From the human T2T-CHM13v2.0 reference genome, Homo sapiens, in NCBI RefSeq assembly GCF_009914755.1, contig NC_060929.1: a stretch of 64,000 nt of DNA; one strand, 5' to 3'. Under the pieces are notes generated by a model. It was not told the origin of the DNA. It searched no databases and saw nothing but the letters and a program-made list of their open reading frames with translations. The position numbers were made by a program, and so were the translations under genes. How positions within the stretch are numbered: the stretch's first letter is position 1; every line of letters starts with the position of its first letter. Of the stretch, positions 15,243 through 27,710 are shown piece by piece.

Positions 15243-15760
15243 GCAGTAGGCAGAAGAATGTCTTCCCACCACCCACTCCCAAGATGTTCATTTCCTAGTT
15301 CCTGAAAACTGTGAATGTATTAGGTCACATGGCAAGGTGGAATTCAGGTTGCTCCTGGAATTAAGGTTGCTAATGAGCTGACTTTAGAATAGGAAGATTA
15401 GTTTACATTATCTGGTAGGCTCAATGTAATCACAGGCGTCCTTACAATGCAATTACAGAGGGCCTTGAAGAGGAAAGCAGGAGAAACAGAGTCAGGGAAA
15501 GAGATGTGATGTTGAAAGCAGAGGCCAGAATGTTACAATTGCTGGCTTTGAAGATGCAAAGGGGCCATGAGCATCTGAAGAAACACAGTCAGCCTTCAGA
15601 TGATAGAAAAGGCAGGGAAATGGATTCTCTCCCAGAGCCTGTAGAAGAAGCCCAACTCTTTTCACACCTTGATTTTAGTTCGGTGAGACCCATTTCAGAC
15701 ATGTGACCTGCAGAACTGTAAGATGATAAATGTGTCTTGTTTTAAGCTAAAAAAGAAAAA
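15243..15760 (+). mobile_element. MLT1D-like MaLR LTR lacking its U5 end and followed by an A-rich tail
   Basis: 'gtaggcagaagaatg...ggaattaaggttgctaatgagctgacttt...gattttagttcggtgagacccatttcagac...gaactgtaagatgataaatgtgtcttgttttaagct' then aaaaaagaaaaa. Confidence 0.85.
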
Positions 15761-17119
15761 TAATTCTAGTTATGCTTTTATTATACCATACTTAAATTTT
15801 TGCTGTTTACTTATTTGAATTGCCAACCAGATAGAGAGGGTTTCTTGTGACTAGAAAGGTTTCTATCTTCAGAGTCCAGCACCACAGCCAGTGCAGTGTG
15901 TAGGTGTAAGCTGCAAGGCTGTTGAATTGAGAAGTGCAAGCGCTGTCTTTTGAAACTTTCAAAAAAGTCCGTCTTATGCTTAATAATAACTTTTTTATGT
16001 GAAGAAAAATGAATAGCACATTTTAATTAATTGTGTATCTGGGCATTAAATTAGTAAAATAGCAGTAGTTTTTGAAAATCATCTGAAGCCAACGTTATAA
16101 AATGAATCCTTAGAAGGAAAGAGCATGGATTCAAGTAATATGACCAGAAAGGAGAAGATGAGGGGAAAAAGAGAAAGAAAAAAAAAAAAGACACGTAGAT
16201 GAGGATCTCTATGTAATAAATTGGCAAATATTTTAAAATATCACCTCTGGGCTGGCCCCAAATCCCTGATGTCAATTTAAGGTGCAGGAAGTTGGCAAAT
16301 TAGTGATGATTTTTATCTCAAAGAATGGCGTACTTGACCTACTGGAGCTTGCAGATATCACTTCAAAATAACATTTGAGCATTTTCTAATTCAATTGCTC
16401 TAACTACTTAGCAATAGAATCAGATAATCATTATTATACTAATTTTAAACGCTATCCTTTGTCTTTTAATATATCTTATTCAGTTATTTATCTCAGACCA
16501 TTTATTTCAAGAGATGGTTGTTTTATCCATGAAATACAGCAACTACTTTTAAAACTTTCTACTGATAAAAAGGTCATTCTTGATATTTCTAGTAAGTACA
16601 TATATTTATTCTGCTATAACTATAGGATAAATGCCATTTTATTTTGTAGTTAATTATCTCTTTATTTTGACCTTTTCATGTTTCCTAGAGATATTTTCCT
16701 TTATGTATTGTTATCTTAAGGATAACAATATTCTAGTTTGTTGAAATAATTAAGTACAAATCACAAGACAACAGGAGTAGAAGAAATGCTGCTGCATTGT
16801 TAGTAAGGCACTTGTTTCTGTTTTGTTTTTAACATCAATCTTATGTTTTCTCAGTATATATGTTAATTATTTGATACAAAAACAATCACTGAATATAGAA
16901 ATAGAATTGACATTCTAAAATTTTAGTTGGCTATATATAACTGGTTTTATTTTGGAAACAGGGTTAATAACAACAAGCAAAACGTGATAAACAAATAAAT
17001 TTAGAAAAGTGGAAGAATAATATTTATGGAGTTTCCATGCACCAGGAGAGCAGATTAAGCTTTAGAATGGGCCTTCAAAATAAATAGCTGACTTTTTTTT
17101 CACATATGTGATTGCATAG

Positions 17120-17289
17120 ATGATGTGTGTATATAGGAATATGTGTGTATATATGTATGCATCTATAAATATGAATATATATAATTACATATACATAATA
17201 ATATATGTTTATATATAACATATATAATCTTTTTTATATAATATATAACCTACATTAATATCAGTAAATTACATTATAGTGTATGTGTA

Positions 17290-17336
<47 letters not shown>
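17120..17336. repeat. AT-rich low-complexity tract ending in a compound (TG)n(TA)n microsatellite
   Basis: Degenerate TA tract from ~17120, (TG)n at ~17280-17303 and pure (TA)n at 17304-17336. Confidence 0.9.
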
Positions 17337-17339
<3 letters not shown>

Positions 17340-17444
17340 CAAGAAGAGAAACATCCAAGAAGAAATTAACTTAAAGTGAATTGAAACTTTTTTTTACATT
17401 TCAGAAATCAAAGCCTGCAATTGTGACTTTAAGATCATATGTAT

Positions 17445-17525
17445 GCCAATCACCCATGACCCTCAGTTTACCTATATAGCAAACCTGCACATGTACCCTG
17501 GAAACTAAAATAAAAGTTTAAAAAA
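17445..17525 (+). mobile_element. Very short L1PA (old) 3' end
   Basis: 'cccatgacctcagtttacctatatagcaaacctgcacatgtaccctggaaactaaaataaaagtttaaaaaa'. Confidence 0.75.
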
Positions 17526-19026
17526 TGTGTTGCAGTTACTTGATTTATCAGTTTTAAGTAATTCTTTCTTATGAAATGTGAGCAAATCAGGGCACTAAAG
17601 CTTTCCCCCTTCTTCCCTCACTCCATCTCCTGTTTCTTTGTTATTGATTCAAATTATTCCTCTATTCCAAAATTCCTGTTGTTATACTTTAATTTGTCCT
17701 TACAAACAGTGGCCCAAATCAAAAGCTATTGTACTTTATATGAGGGTTTCTCTCATGCTGTAAAATGTTATTTTCTTCCAGAAATGGAGAAAAACATTTG
17801 CTTATATGTGAAAACAAGTAAAATTCATGAAACAAAACAAAACTAAAATAATAATTTCATAATTATAGGACACTTAAATGTGGTAACAGCATTGTCAGAA
17901 GCTGGGTTCTTAGAGGTCTCAGGAAACATCAGTGCCCAACCTAGAAAGTATTTATTTACTCTGTGAATGGCAGCTGGTCCTTTCTTCTCTGAGGGTAGGT
18001 TGTCAACCGATATATCTTTGAATCAATACCATTTTGAAGGAGTCACCAAGTTAATTTATCCTTTTAGTGTCTCCTGTATATGGATTGACAGCTAGGCAGA
18101 CAGCAAGAGTATAAACCTGTGTTTCTTAAGATAAAATAGTTGGTGGGGAATTCTAGACTACTGTAATTATTATCACTGTAACTTAAACATAATGGCAGGT
18201 TGCCTTTTGATTCAGACTCTGATGGTGTAAAGGGATTTGAAAAATGAAACAAGCTTTCAGTTCCCTGTTTACAGAGGATTGAGTTGGCATCACATAGGCA
18301 AAGCAGGGACAAGATTTCAATAAAACTGACAGAAATAAAACGTCTTAATTTCCATTTATCCATAATTATGATTGTCATGCTGATTAATCACAGGCCATGT
18401 CTTAAGCTTCTCAGGATTTAGGGACAGGTGAAATTGTAATAATACCTTTGATCAATTATTGGGTGTTAATTATTCTAAATGAAATTGGTCCTCTTGACCC
18501 TTTCCTTGTCACACAGGAAAAGGTTCCTGCTTTGTCCTCTTGAGCCTCGTTTTGTTGGAGCATCTGCTTCCATTGGCTCTGACAGGAGCTCTTTCCTTAG
18601 GGAATCCCGTTCTTGCCTTTTTCCTTCTAATTATTCAGAATGTTTCCCTCTTTCCTTTAGCTACCTGCATCAAGCAAAGCTGTATTCAGTGATTTCTCCT
18701 GAGATGACGCTCTGCTGGCAACTCACCATCGACAACACAAATGTGACAAGAAGTCATCTAACAACTTGAAACTATAAACAAGAAAAAGGTATACCCATGA
18801 AGCTTAAGCAAAGAGGATATCCGTGTAGTAGGCTTCCTGGTGTTTCAAAGATCTTCCAGAAAAGGGACTTTATTATCTTGCACTCAGTGGGTGCTTAAAA
18901 TATACTCTTTGATGATACCAATGATGATTGTTTTAGTTGTGCCTCTTTCAAAGGAAATACAAGGTAATCATTATGGCTTTTCAGCTGCTGAGTTGGGCAG
19001 CCTTTCAAATTTGTTTGCTGCTTATT

Positions 19027-19200
19027 CAATTTTCCTTAATATTAGCTGCACATGGAATAACCTGGGGAAGTTTAAAATATTGATGCCTGGATCTCATCCT
19101 CAGAGATTCTAACTTACTTGGGCTAGCATGTAGCCAGGACCTTGGGATTTTAAAAACCTCTTAGGTGATGTGTACATGCCAGCAAGGTTGAGAATCATTG
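19027..19200. mobile_element. MER5-family hAT-Charlie MITE
   Basis: 'gctgcacatggaataacctggggaagtttaaaatattgatgcctgg...cctcagagattct...aggtgat...aggttgagaatcattg'. Confidence 0.75.
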
Positions 19201-19229
19201 TCTAAATTGCATTAGCTGGTATATGCTGG

Positions 19230-19425
19230 GTGCTTTGGTGCCAGCCCTGTGCTAGGTGCATTACATATGGCATCTTGTTTGCTCAGCAAAACAATGCCAT
19301 GAAGTTGCAATTATTACCTCCATTTTGCAGATAAGGGGAACCACACTCAGACAGGCTCAGTGAATTTTTCAAAGTCACATGGCTGGCAAACAGTGAAGGA
19401 AGGATTTCACCCAGGTATGTCCACA
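19230..19425 (-). mobile_element. MIR SINE
   Basis: 'gtgccagccctgtgctaggtgc...attattacctccattttgcagataaggg...caaagtcacatggctggc...ggatttcacccagg'. Confidence 0.8.
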
Positions 19426-21232
19426 GTTATATGCTGCTGACCATCTTCACTGGCAGGTTTTTGGCCAACGTAGAACTCATGGCTGGTTACATGTTGTGCA
19501 TGGTGTAAGGGAGATTCCTTTGTTGCCAGGAGGTTGAGCTGGTCAGTGTTTTCCAACCTTTCCTAGTGATGAGAATTTTCTGGGGTTTCCAAGCTTCTTC
19601 CCTGGAAACTGATTCAGCATTTCTGGATTGGAGGTCCAATAATTTTGTTGTTGTTGTTGTTATTGTTGTTGTTAGCAAATGCTTTGGCTGATTCTTACTT
19701 TAGAGAAGCTGGGGAAGCTCTGGATGAGATGACTGGTGAAGAATTCCATGATGAATTCTCCAAGTCCTTCTAAGGAAAAACTGAAAACTCTGTAGTTGTG
19801 AATCCCAATGAACCAACAGTGACAGGGATAACCTTTACACCATGTCCCTATAAGTTGCAGGCTCTGCACCTTACCTTGGCTCCAGTGTTTACAGTCTCCT
19901 CTTACTGCATCCATCCTAGCAGTGTGTTGGGACCAATGCCTTTTACATACTTCTGGGCCTGCTTCATCATTTAAGTTCTTTCCTCTATTCCAAGAGCTGA
20001 TTTTGCTCATCTGTGCCCATCTTACCTCTATGCTCTGTGATGTCAAGTTGATAGCTTGAAATTGGCCATAAGAGGTTTTTATTTTATTTTTTAATTAAAA
20101 TCTTACAATAGAGTGGTTTTATAGGTACTGACAAGTTACAAAGATAGAAGAGAGATTTCTCTTATACTCTTTGGTGGAAGTTTTTACAACATAAATATCA
20201 GCAAATGCTAAAATTAGGACTCTGCCCCATTTCCTACACACCATCCTGAAGCCCATTTTTAAACATTTAAGGCACACCACTATTTAAGCATTCAGCACCA
20301 CCTACAGAGAGTGTTAGCATTGCTGGCTGGAAAAAGAAAAGTTTCATTAGATATTTTCAGATGTTTTGTTTCGGTAGGATTCTCACTTAAAAAAATATAC
20401 AAATCTAGGAGAATGTATACTCAAAGGACAGGAGATGGAATGCAATGCTAATTCTACTTGATAAATATTAAACAGTGGTGAACATACTGGGAAAAAAGCA
20501 AATGATATCTGTATTTTGTATTTTATATATCTAAAGAGAAGAACTGGTAAATTTGATCTGAAAAATTCTATAAGCATCTATTGGCTCAAGCTAAGCCTCT
20601 AGGTATAATGCACTTATTTTTTATGAAGTGTTTATATAATTAGAAGCTTCACTGCAACTCGTGATAAAATTTTGCTTCATATTTACTTCATATAGTTTAA
20701 TATTTTAAAATTTCTATCTTGGAGACGTATGGACTTATGACTTTTTCAAATATTTTAAGGATTTTATAAAGTGTTTTAATTTAGGAAACAAAAATCATTG
20801 CCAATTACAAAAGCCATGTTATGTGTCAAATCAATGTGAGCTTTGCTAAATCTAACTTCTCCGTCAAGAGCAAGGCCAGGTCTCACTCACTCCAGAAAGC
20901 ATTTCCTGCCCACTCCAGCCAAGAATGTTCCTTCCTCTTTCTGATCTATTACTGCTTTTCCCCACAAATTGTTTATTTGGTACTTAACGTCAGAAGACCT
21001 GTATTTGCAAGGTTGTCTTTCAGCTGTCTTAAGATAGCTCCTGTTTCATTACAGATCTTTGGCTTTGATATTTATCTTATTATGTGCATTTGTTTCATTT
21101 TTCTTGCACAGATTTCCTAGAATCTTAAATTTCCTTTTGTCTTTGGCAGAGATTTAAAGGTCATCTTTCTGATACCTATTTGGTGATATCCCCTTAGAAA
21201 ATCTCCGCCTTGTTGCTATTTAGTCATTGAGC

Positions 21233-21408
21233 CAAGGTGGGCTTCAAGGGCATGTGACCCTGTGCAGTTACCCAGGACTCCTTGTTCAGAAGAACCCCAC
21301 ACTTGGTTTAACGCTCTGCAGTTGTGTCTGAAATTCTTCATAATTTTTGAACAATGGGCCCTGAATTTTCATTTCGCAATGTGCCTGCAAATTATGTAAG
21401 CAGTCCTG
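21233..21408 (+). mobile_element. MER45A-like hAT-Tip100 MITE
   Basis: ~176 bp: 'caaggtgggcttcaagggcatgtgaccctgtgcagt...cttggtttaacgctctg...gaaattcttcataatttttgaacaa...gcaaattatgtaagcagtcctg'. Confidence 0.7.
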
Positions 21409-21509
21409 CATCCAGCTGTTGATCACTTGAGGACATTAATCACATTTTTTTCTTTATAAAAACCCCATTGCTTATCATGTAATTAGTGCTCATTAAATAT
21501 TTTCTGATT

Positions 21510-21826
21510 GGCTTGGCTTGGTGGCTCACACCTGTAATCCCAACATTTGGGGAGACTGAGGCAGGTGGATTGTTTGAGCCCAGGAGCTCAAGACTGGCAT
21601 GGGCAACATAGTGAGACCCTATCTCTAAAATACCTCTAAAAGAAAAAAAAAATTTTTAAATTAGCTGGGAGTGGTGATGCACGCCTGTGGCCCCAGCTCC
21701 TTAGGAAACTGTGGTGGGAAGATTGGGCTTGAGCCCAGGTGGTGGAGGCTGAAATGAGATGTAATCATACCACTACATTTCAACCTAGGTCACAGTGTGA
21801 GACCTAGTCTCAAAAAAAAAAAAAAA
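21510..21826 (+). mobile_element. AluJ (Jo/Jr-like)
   Basis: Diverged dimeric Alu with 'gagcccaggag' and 'ggcaacatagtgagaccc' (J diagnostics), an A-tail, and residual TSD ttctgatt at 21502-21509 and 21827-21834. Confidence 0.93.
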
Positions 21827-24204
21827 TTCTGATTGTATGGAAAAGACTTCCTGCCAGTCTTTGCTGACCCCACCCCCAAAAAAATAGTCTAAGAGCGTGT
21901 ACAATCTCTTTGGAGGTAAAACATTTCACAGGGGTAATGGGTTTTATTATGTAATTAAATAGTTGATGTCAGCTGTAGAAAAGGAGACTTTTTAGGTAAA
22001 TAGACATATTACATTATTTTACAAGGTAACTAACATTAAAAGCAACTTTATAATACTAAAAATTAATGGTTTAGGCTTTGTGCATAACTTCAGTAACAAT
22101 AATTTATGTTAAAAATATAATAACAACATAGGAATATCCAACTGAGATTTCTTGTCTCATTTTCACTTAAGCCTGAAGTTACAAAAACACCAGTTGGCAA
22201 ATGTAGGTTTTGAATAATCAACTAGCAAAGCCTAAAACATTCCTTAATGTTTGTGAAAGTAAAGGAAAAACAAAAGAAAGGAAAATAATTTTTACTAGAG
22301 ATTCAAACTGAGCTTGTACTGCTCAGTGGGAAACTTTAATCAGTTCATTATTGTTTGTTATTTTCCTTCACTGGATAAGTGAAAAACATTGAAAAATAAA
22401 ATAATAAGCAAGAGGGTGGTCTTGGGTCTGTATTTGGAAAACCAACAAAACATCCACTAGCTATTTGAAAGCTAAAATATTCATAAAATTGGGGCTTTAG
22501 ATCACTGTATTTTAATATTTGTATGTACAAGTGGTAAGCATGTATGATATGGAAGAAAAATACTCACTGGTATTTAAGGTGCTACCTAAAATACTGATCT
22601 AAGCAGTTTTACTGATGCTGTATACATACTAATAAAACAGTCTCCTTTTTATAATTGGGAGTTGCATAATCGAATGGGAAGAAATACTTAATCATATAGT
22701 TATATTGTTGTAATAGTGTATTGACTTCTTAATGTGGGATATAATACTTTTTTATGTTTAGAAACGTAAAGAAACACAACTCTTTGATCTCTATATATTC
22801 TGATACTGAGGCTATCTATACATAATAATACACACTTTAGGAACAAATAAGGCATTCCATTGGCAGTAATTACTGTATATTGAGAACTTGCCCCTTCTGA
22901 CTGAACAGGCAGTTTCTATTTGAAAGGCCCTGGTTACCAAATAGTGAGTCAAATTGTGTTATTTTTATCCACTCAAGTTCTATGCTAAGAAATATTACAG
23001 AGTAAGTATTCAACAGTGAAGAATATAAAGACTTCTACATTGATGTGTACTTTACCTAAAAAGAAACTATTTATCTGACTCTTGCAAGATTTGAGCTTTT
23101 CAAGAGTTAGATTTCGTGTGCTATTTCTGTAGTTAACTGAATTGAAAGGGGCAGCGTTCTTAGTTAAAAGCTAAGGTAAAATTATGAACTAATTTTTGGT
23201 TTAAACATGAGAGATTTATCATATGAGCACATGTAAAATTGATGGAAAATGGCAACTTTAGAAATCAGTTAAAGCTTCTCAAATAAATCATTTCTTTCTG
23301 TTTTAAATTATGATTCATATATACATCAATTTCTTTGTTAAGTTGTAAGTTCTAATGGGCAAGAATAATATCTGCACATTTTTGCATATAGCATATTTGC
23401 TAAAATATATTTATAAAAGGAATTGTTGAATTATTATAAATGTGATAAAAACTGGAATAGCATGATTAAGTAGCCACACTGTTCAGTAAAGAGAAAAATC
23501 AAAACCATTGGCAACATGTGAAAAAGATGCCAACAGAAATGTTGAAATGTTCATTTGGACTTTCTAGGGGTACATTATTATATGAAATCCATTAAGTCAA
23601 AGCTTTGCTCATTTCCTCAAAAAGTGTATATTCTTTAGAATTTGCAGAAAAAAAAACCCATGCTAGGAACCCCACACTAGGTATCTCAGTAAATCGAATC
23701 CTCTGGACCACACATAATCTACATGTCAAGCCTGTTTTCCCACTGTTATACATCTGCAATTTATATCTTCTGAATATGTTTGAAAGCCCATAGAATACAT
23801 AATTTCAAATTGTGTCTGTAATAGCTACTTAATTTCTAGGGTTCATGCACAAAGTTAGGCTCCAAAGTAGTAGGTTAGTTGCTCATGTGCTGGTGTTGGA
23901 ATCTTGCTAATTTTCAAGGAAAGCTGATCTGTGCTAAGGCAAAAGTGGAGGGCAGAGTCCAGGCCTGTGCAGGCGTTAGGACAGAGGTCTCTTTCTAGCA
24001 GGCCCAGGGACACATTATTTCACCCTGTGGAGCAAGAAAAGATAAAGCCTGAAGGCCAGATTTCTGGAAATGCTATATGAAATTTGAAAACAGACTTCCT
24101 ATGAAATGTAACTTTTTCTCATTAAACTAATGACGGGAGAACAGCTGTTGACGTTAGTTCAGTGAGCTTTGGGGTTTTCTCTTATTACATTTTTCATAAT
24201 ATAC

Positions 24205-24355
24205 AAGTGTTAGTGTTAGGATAAAATCTTGGGCTTGCACTTAGGTGACCTGAATTCAATTCCCTTTGCAGCACTAATAGGCTGTGTGGCTTTCATCAAG
24301 CCTTTCCTCTGTCGTGCTTCATTGCCACTTATGAAATAGGGACAGTAATACGGTG
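24205..24355 (+). mobile_element. MIR SINE fragment
   Basis: 'gacctgaattcaattccc...ctaataggctgtgtggcttt...tatgaaatagggacagtaatac'. Confidence 0.65.
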
Positions 24356-25361
24356 TCTTTTAGAGATTTTCTAATTTTTGTTTTAGCTATTCTGTTAAAA
24401 GGGAAACAGGTCTGCCACTTTTATTAGATGATTTCTTGTCCTTTTCTGACGCTCTATCTCTAGACACTTGTGTGTTAGTTTGCACATGTGCACACACATT
24501 TTTTGTGGCTTAATGGAAAATATTTGGGGCTAACCTTCCATGCAAAGGTGCCCCAGTCTTTAAGATCATCTAAAATGTCCTTGTGTAAATCTTTATGTAA
24601 CATTTTTTCAGTCACAGTGAGTTTATTTGATTTTGCAGTTCATATTCCCTACTCTGTATTTATAGGTATACACTGCCCACACCCTTTGGTCAAATCTCAG
24701 TTTGCAGATTATTTTTGCTCACATCAGAGGGTCCATTAGTATGCTTTGGCTCATAAAAGTCTGCATTTAGTTTGTAGGAAATGTTTAGGGAATGTGACCT
24801 TTAAAACTAAATTTACCCTGGGAGAAAGGTAGTGTGTCAGTAAATCTGTGGCTACACAATAATTTTCATTTTATGAAAAAATTAGACTAATGCAAGTGAC
24901 TTAATGATTTTAAATTATGTAAATTTATGATTAATTGTATACATTCTATTTCACAGTATGTGAAATAAACTGAGTATTCTATTATTTTTAATTTATTTTA
25001 TTTTTTAAACCCAATTGCATTCAAAATGGTATGGTGAATTGAAACAATTCCTCAAAATCTATATTTTTACAGAGGGTAAAAATGGAGGATCTTTAACTGC
25101 CTGGTTATTACATTTAAAGTCAAGTCTTCTGACTAGCTTGCACTGTTTCTATTTAAAAAAAACCTCAGTGAATTCTATTGTTCTAAACACTTGGTATCTT
25201 CCTGTTGTGATTAAACTGACCTAGTTCCATTTACTGGGGATTCAACAAAGCTTAATGTAGTGTTGAAGTGGTGAATTTATCAAACATCAATTGCAAATTT
25301 AAAAAATAAGGTTAAAATAGGACCTAAACTACCACACACCAAAAAGTAAAATATTATCAAA

Positions 25362-26528
25362 GGCTGTGATGCGGGCAGTGGGCTGATGCTTATGGAACTT
25401 TTTGGTCTTACTACATTTCCCAGTATCCTGAAGCAGCTGGCTTAGTAGAATAGTGAAATGGCCTTTTGAACACAGTTACAGTGCCAGCTAGATGCCAATA
25501 CTTGCAGGGATGGAGAAAGGTTTTTCAGGAAGCTGTATAGGCTCTGAGTTGACATTCAGTGAATGGTGCTGTTTCCTTCATGGCCAGGATTCATATGTCT
25601 AGAAATCAAGGGGTGGAAATGGGAGTGGTACCACTCACTATTACCCCTAGTGATTCACTAGCAAAATTTTTGCTTTGAGTTCCTGTAACCTTATGCTATG
25701 CTGACTAGAGTTCTTAATTCAAAGGGAGGAATGCTTCCATCAGGAGATGCAATGATTTCATTGAACTGGAAGTTAAGACTGCCACCCAGCCACTTTGGGC
25801 TCCTTTTGTTTCTGAATCAGCAGGCAAAAAAGGAAGTTACTTTGCTGGCTGGAGTTATCGATTCTAACTATCCAGGGAAAATAGGACTGCAACTCCACAA
25901 TAGAGATAAGAAAGACTATGTCTGGAATACAGGAAATCCCTGCCATTTGATTAAAGTCAGTGGAAATTTACAACAACTCAATTCAGGCAGGACTACTAAT
26001 GGACCAGATCCTTCAGAAGTCGACAGAAGTCGACATTTGGATCACCGCAACAGGAAAAGAACCATGACCAGCTACCAGCTAAAGGCAAAGGAAATACAGG
26101 ATAGAGAGTGAAAGGAAGTAGTTGTAAATCCATCTATGACCACATGACCAGTAACAGAAATGAGGTCTCTGTCAAGTGTTACTTCCTTATTTTGTTATGA
26201 ATATGTATGTGTATGTGTATAGAAGATATCTTTGTTTTCTTCTCTTTCTTATCTCCTTATTATGTAACAAAAGATATATTGACTTTATATCATAGTGTTT
26301 AAGTACCATTAACTTTATATCATAAAATGTAAGTTATAGAATATCAAAGAGAAGAGTAAACATCACCATGGACTTTGCAACCCTTCTGGGGAAAGGGTTG
26401 GTGCATTTTCTGTCACACACAGGTTAGTTGTATCATGTTATGTAAAAGTATGACCTTGTCATTTTTATTTGGAGATTAACATGGTTTAAGAAAATGTACA
26501 TGGGTGCCAAGCTGAAAAGGGATGGGTT
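25362..26528 (+). pseudogene. ERV-L (HERV-L family) internal 3' remnant: integrase C-half, dUTPase-like region and polypurine tract
   Basis: DNA encodes degenerate 'PEAAGL.E..NGLL' (integrase E motif), 'RNQGVEMGVVPLTITPSD', and ORF 25698..26111 'GGMLP...LNWKLRLPPSHFGLL...AGVIDSNYPGKIGLQLHN' (dUTPase motif-3-like GVID.DY). PPT 'gaaaagggatggg' sits just before the LTR. Confidence 0.88.
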
Positions 26529-26982
26529 TGTGATAGATTAATTTTTTTGTGCCAACTTGGTTAGGCCATGGTACCCAGATATTTGGTCAAACATTATTCT
26601 AGATGTTTTTGTGAAGGTATTTTTTCGAGGAGATTCACATTTAAATCAGTAGACAGATAAAGCAGATCACCCACAGTGGGTTAGCTGCATTCAACCAGTC
26701 AAAGCCTTTAATATAAAAGACTGACTTCTTTGGAAGAAGAGGGAATGTCACTAGCAGACTGTCTTTGGACTTGAACTGCAACATCAATTCTTTCCTGGGT
26801 CTCCAGCCTGCTGGCCTACCCTGCAGATTTTGGACTTACTGTCTCCACAATTGTGTAAGCAAATTCGTTAAACCAAATTTATTTTTCTCTTACTTGTTCT
26901 CTTTCCCTCTCTGTCTATATATATGCATGTATACACACATATCCTATTAGTTCTGTCTCTCTGGAGAGCCCTATCTAACACA
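26529..26982 (+). mobile_element. MLT2 (C/D-like) 3' LTR of the ERV-L
   Basis: 'tgtgatagattaattttttt gtgccaacttgg...ggtacccagatatttggtcaaacattattctagatg...ctccagcctgctggcctaccctgcagattttggactt...cctattagttctgtctctctggagagccctatctaacaca'. Confidence 0.88.
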
Positions 26983-27044
26983 GATGAGTTTCCGAAACAA
27001 TGGAAAAACCATTAATAGTGATAAGCCGTCATAAGTAACATAAT

Positions 27045-27175
27045 GGGATTCCACTAAGATGTAAGCTCAATGATGGGAAAGTATCTGTCTCTTGATTACT
27101 GCTCTCTACAGCACATAAAATATTCCCCAGCAAAGAAAAGGCAGTCAAAAAATACTTGTTGAAGTTATGAATGAG
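27045..27175 (+). mobile_element. L2 3' end
   Basis: 'ccactaagatgtaagctcaatgatggga...aaatacttgttgaagttatgaatga'. Confidence 0.65.
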
Positions 27176-27524
27176 AAGCCTGTGGAGAAGAGTCATCACT
27201 TGGTAAATGAAAAGTTATGCACAAAGCTTATGAAGGGAATAGTCAAATCTGTTAAATACTTAAAAGGTAGATGTGATGATTATTTGGTCATTGATGGAGT
27301 GGATTTACTGAGAAATACAGAAATAATTACTAACAACCTTTAAAAAGTTTGGTAATGAAAGTTCTCACTTGCTGTGCTTTATTCAATTTACTCATCTATA
27401 GGTGAGTAAATAGGTGATCATAGTAAAATGGTTGTGATTTTACAACACTAGGTTTGGGGTGCATTGTTACTCAATAGTAACTGGAAATCAAAAGGCAGTT
27501 GCTAAAATGTCCAATGGGGGAATA

Positions 27525-27710
27525 AGCATGTTTCACATGCTATTGCATGTTATCCTCACAGCAAACTTAAAATGAATGTGATATTATTATTATTCCCATT
27601 TATCATAGAATATAATTGAGGCACAGATTTGAAGATATGATAAAGATTCTCTTCCCAGTGTCACAGAATTAATAAAGGTAGACAGTATTGAAATGCACTT
27701 TTGTTTTTCA
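27525..27710 (-). mobile_element. MIR SINE
   Basis: 'ttatcctcacagcaaac...attattattcccatttatcatag...ttgaggcacaga...cccagtgtcacagaattaataaa'. Confidence 0.7.
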
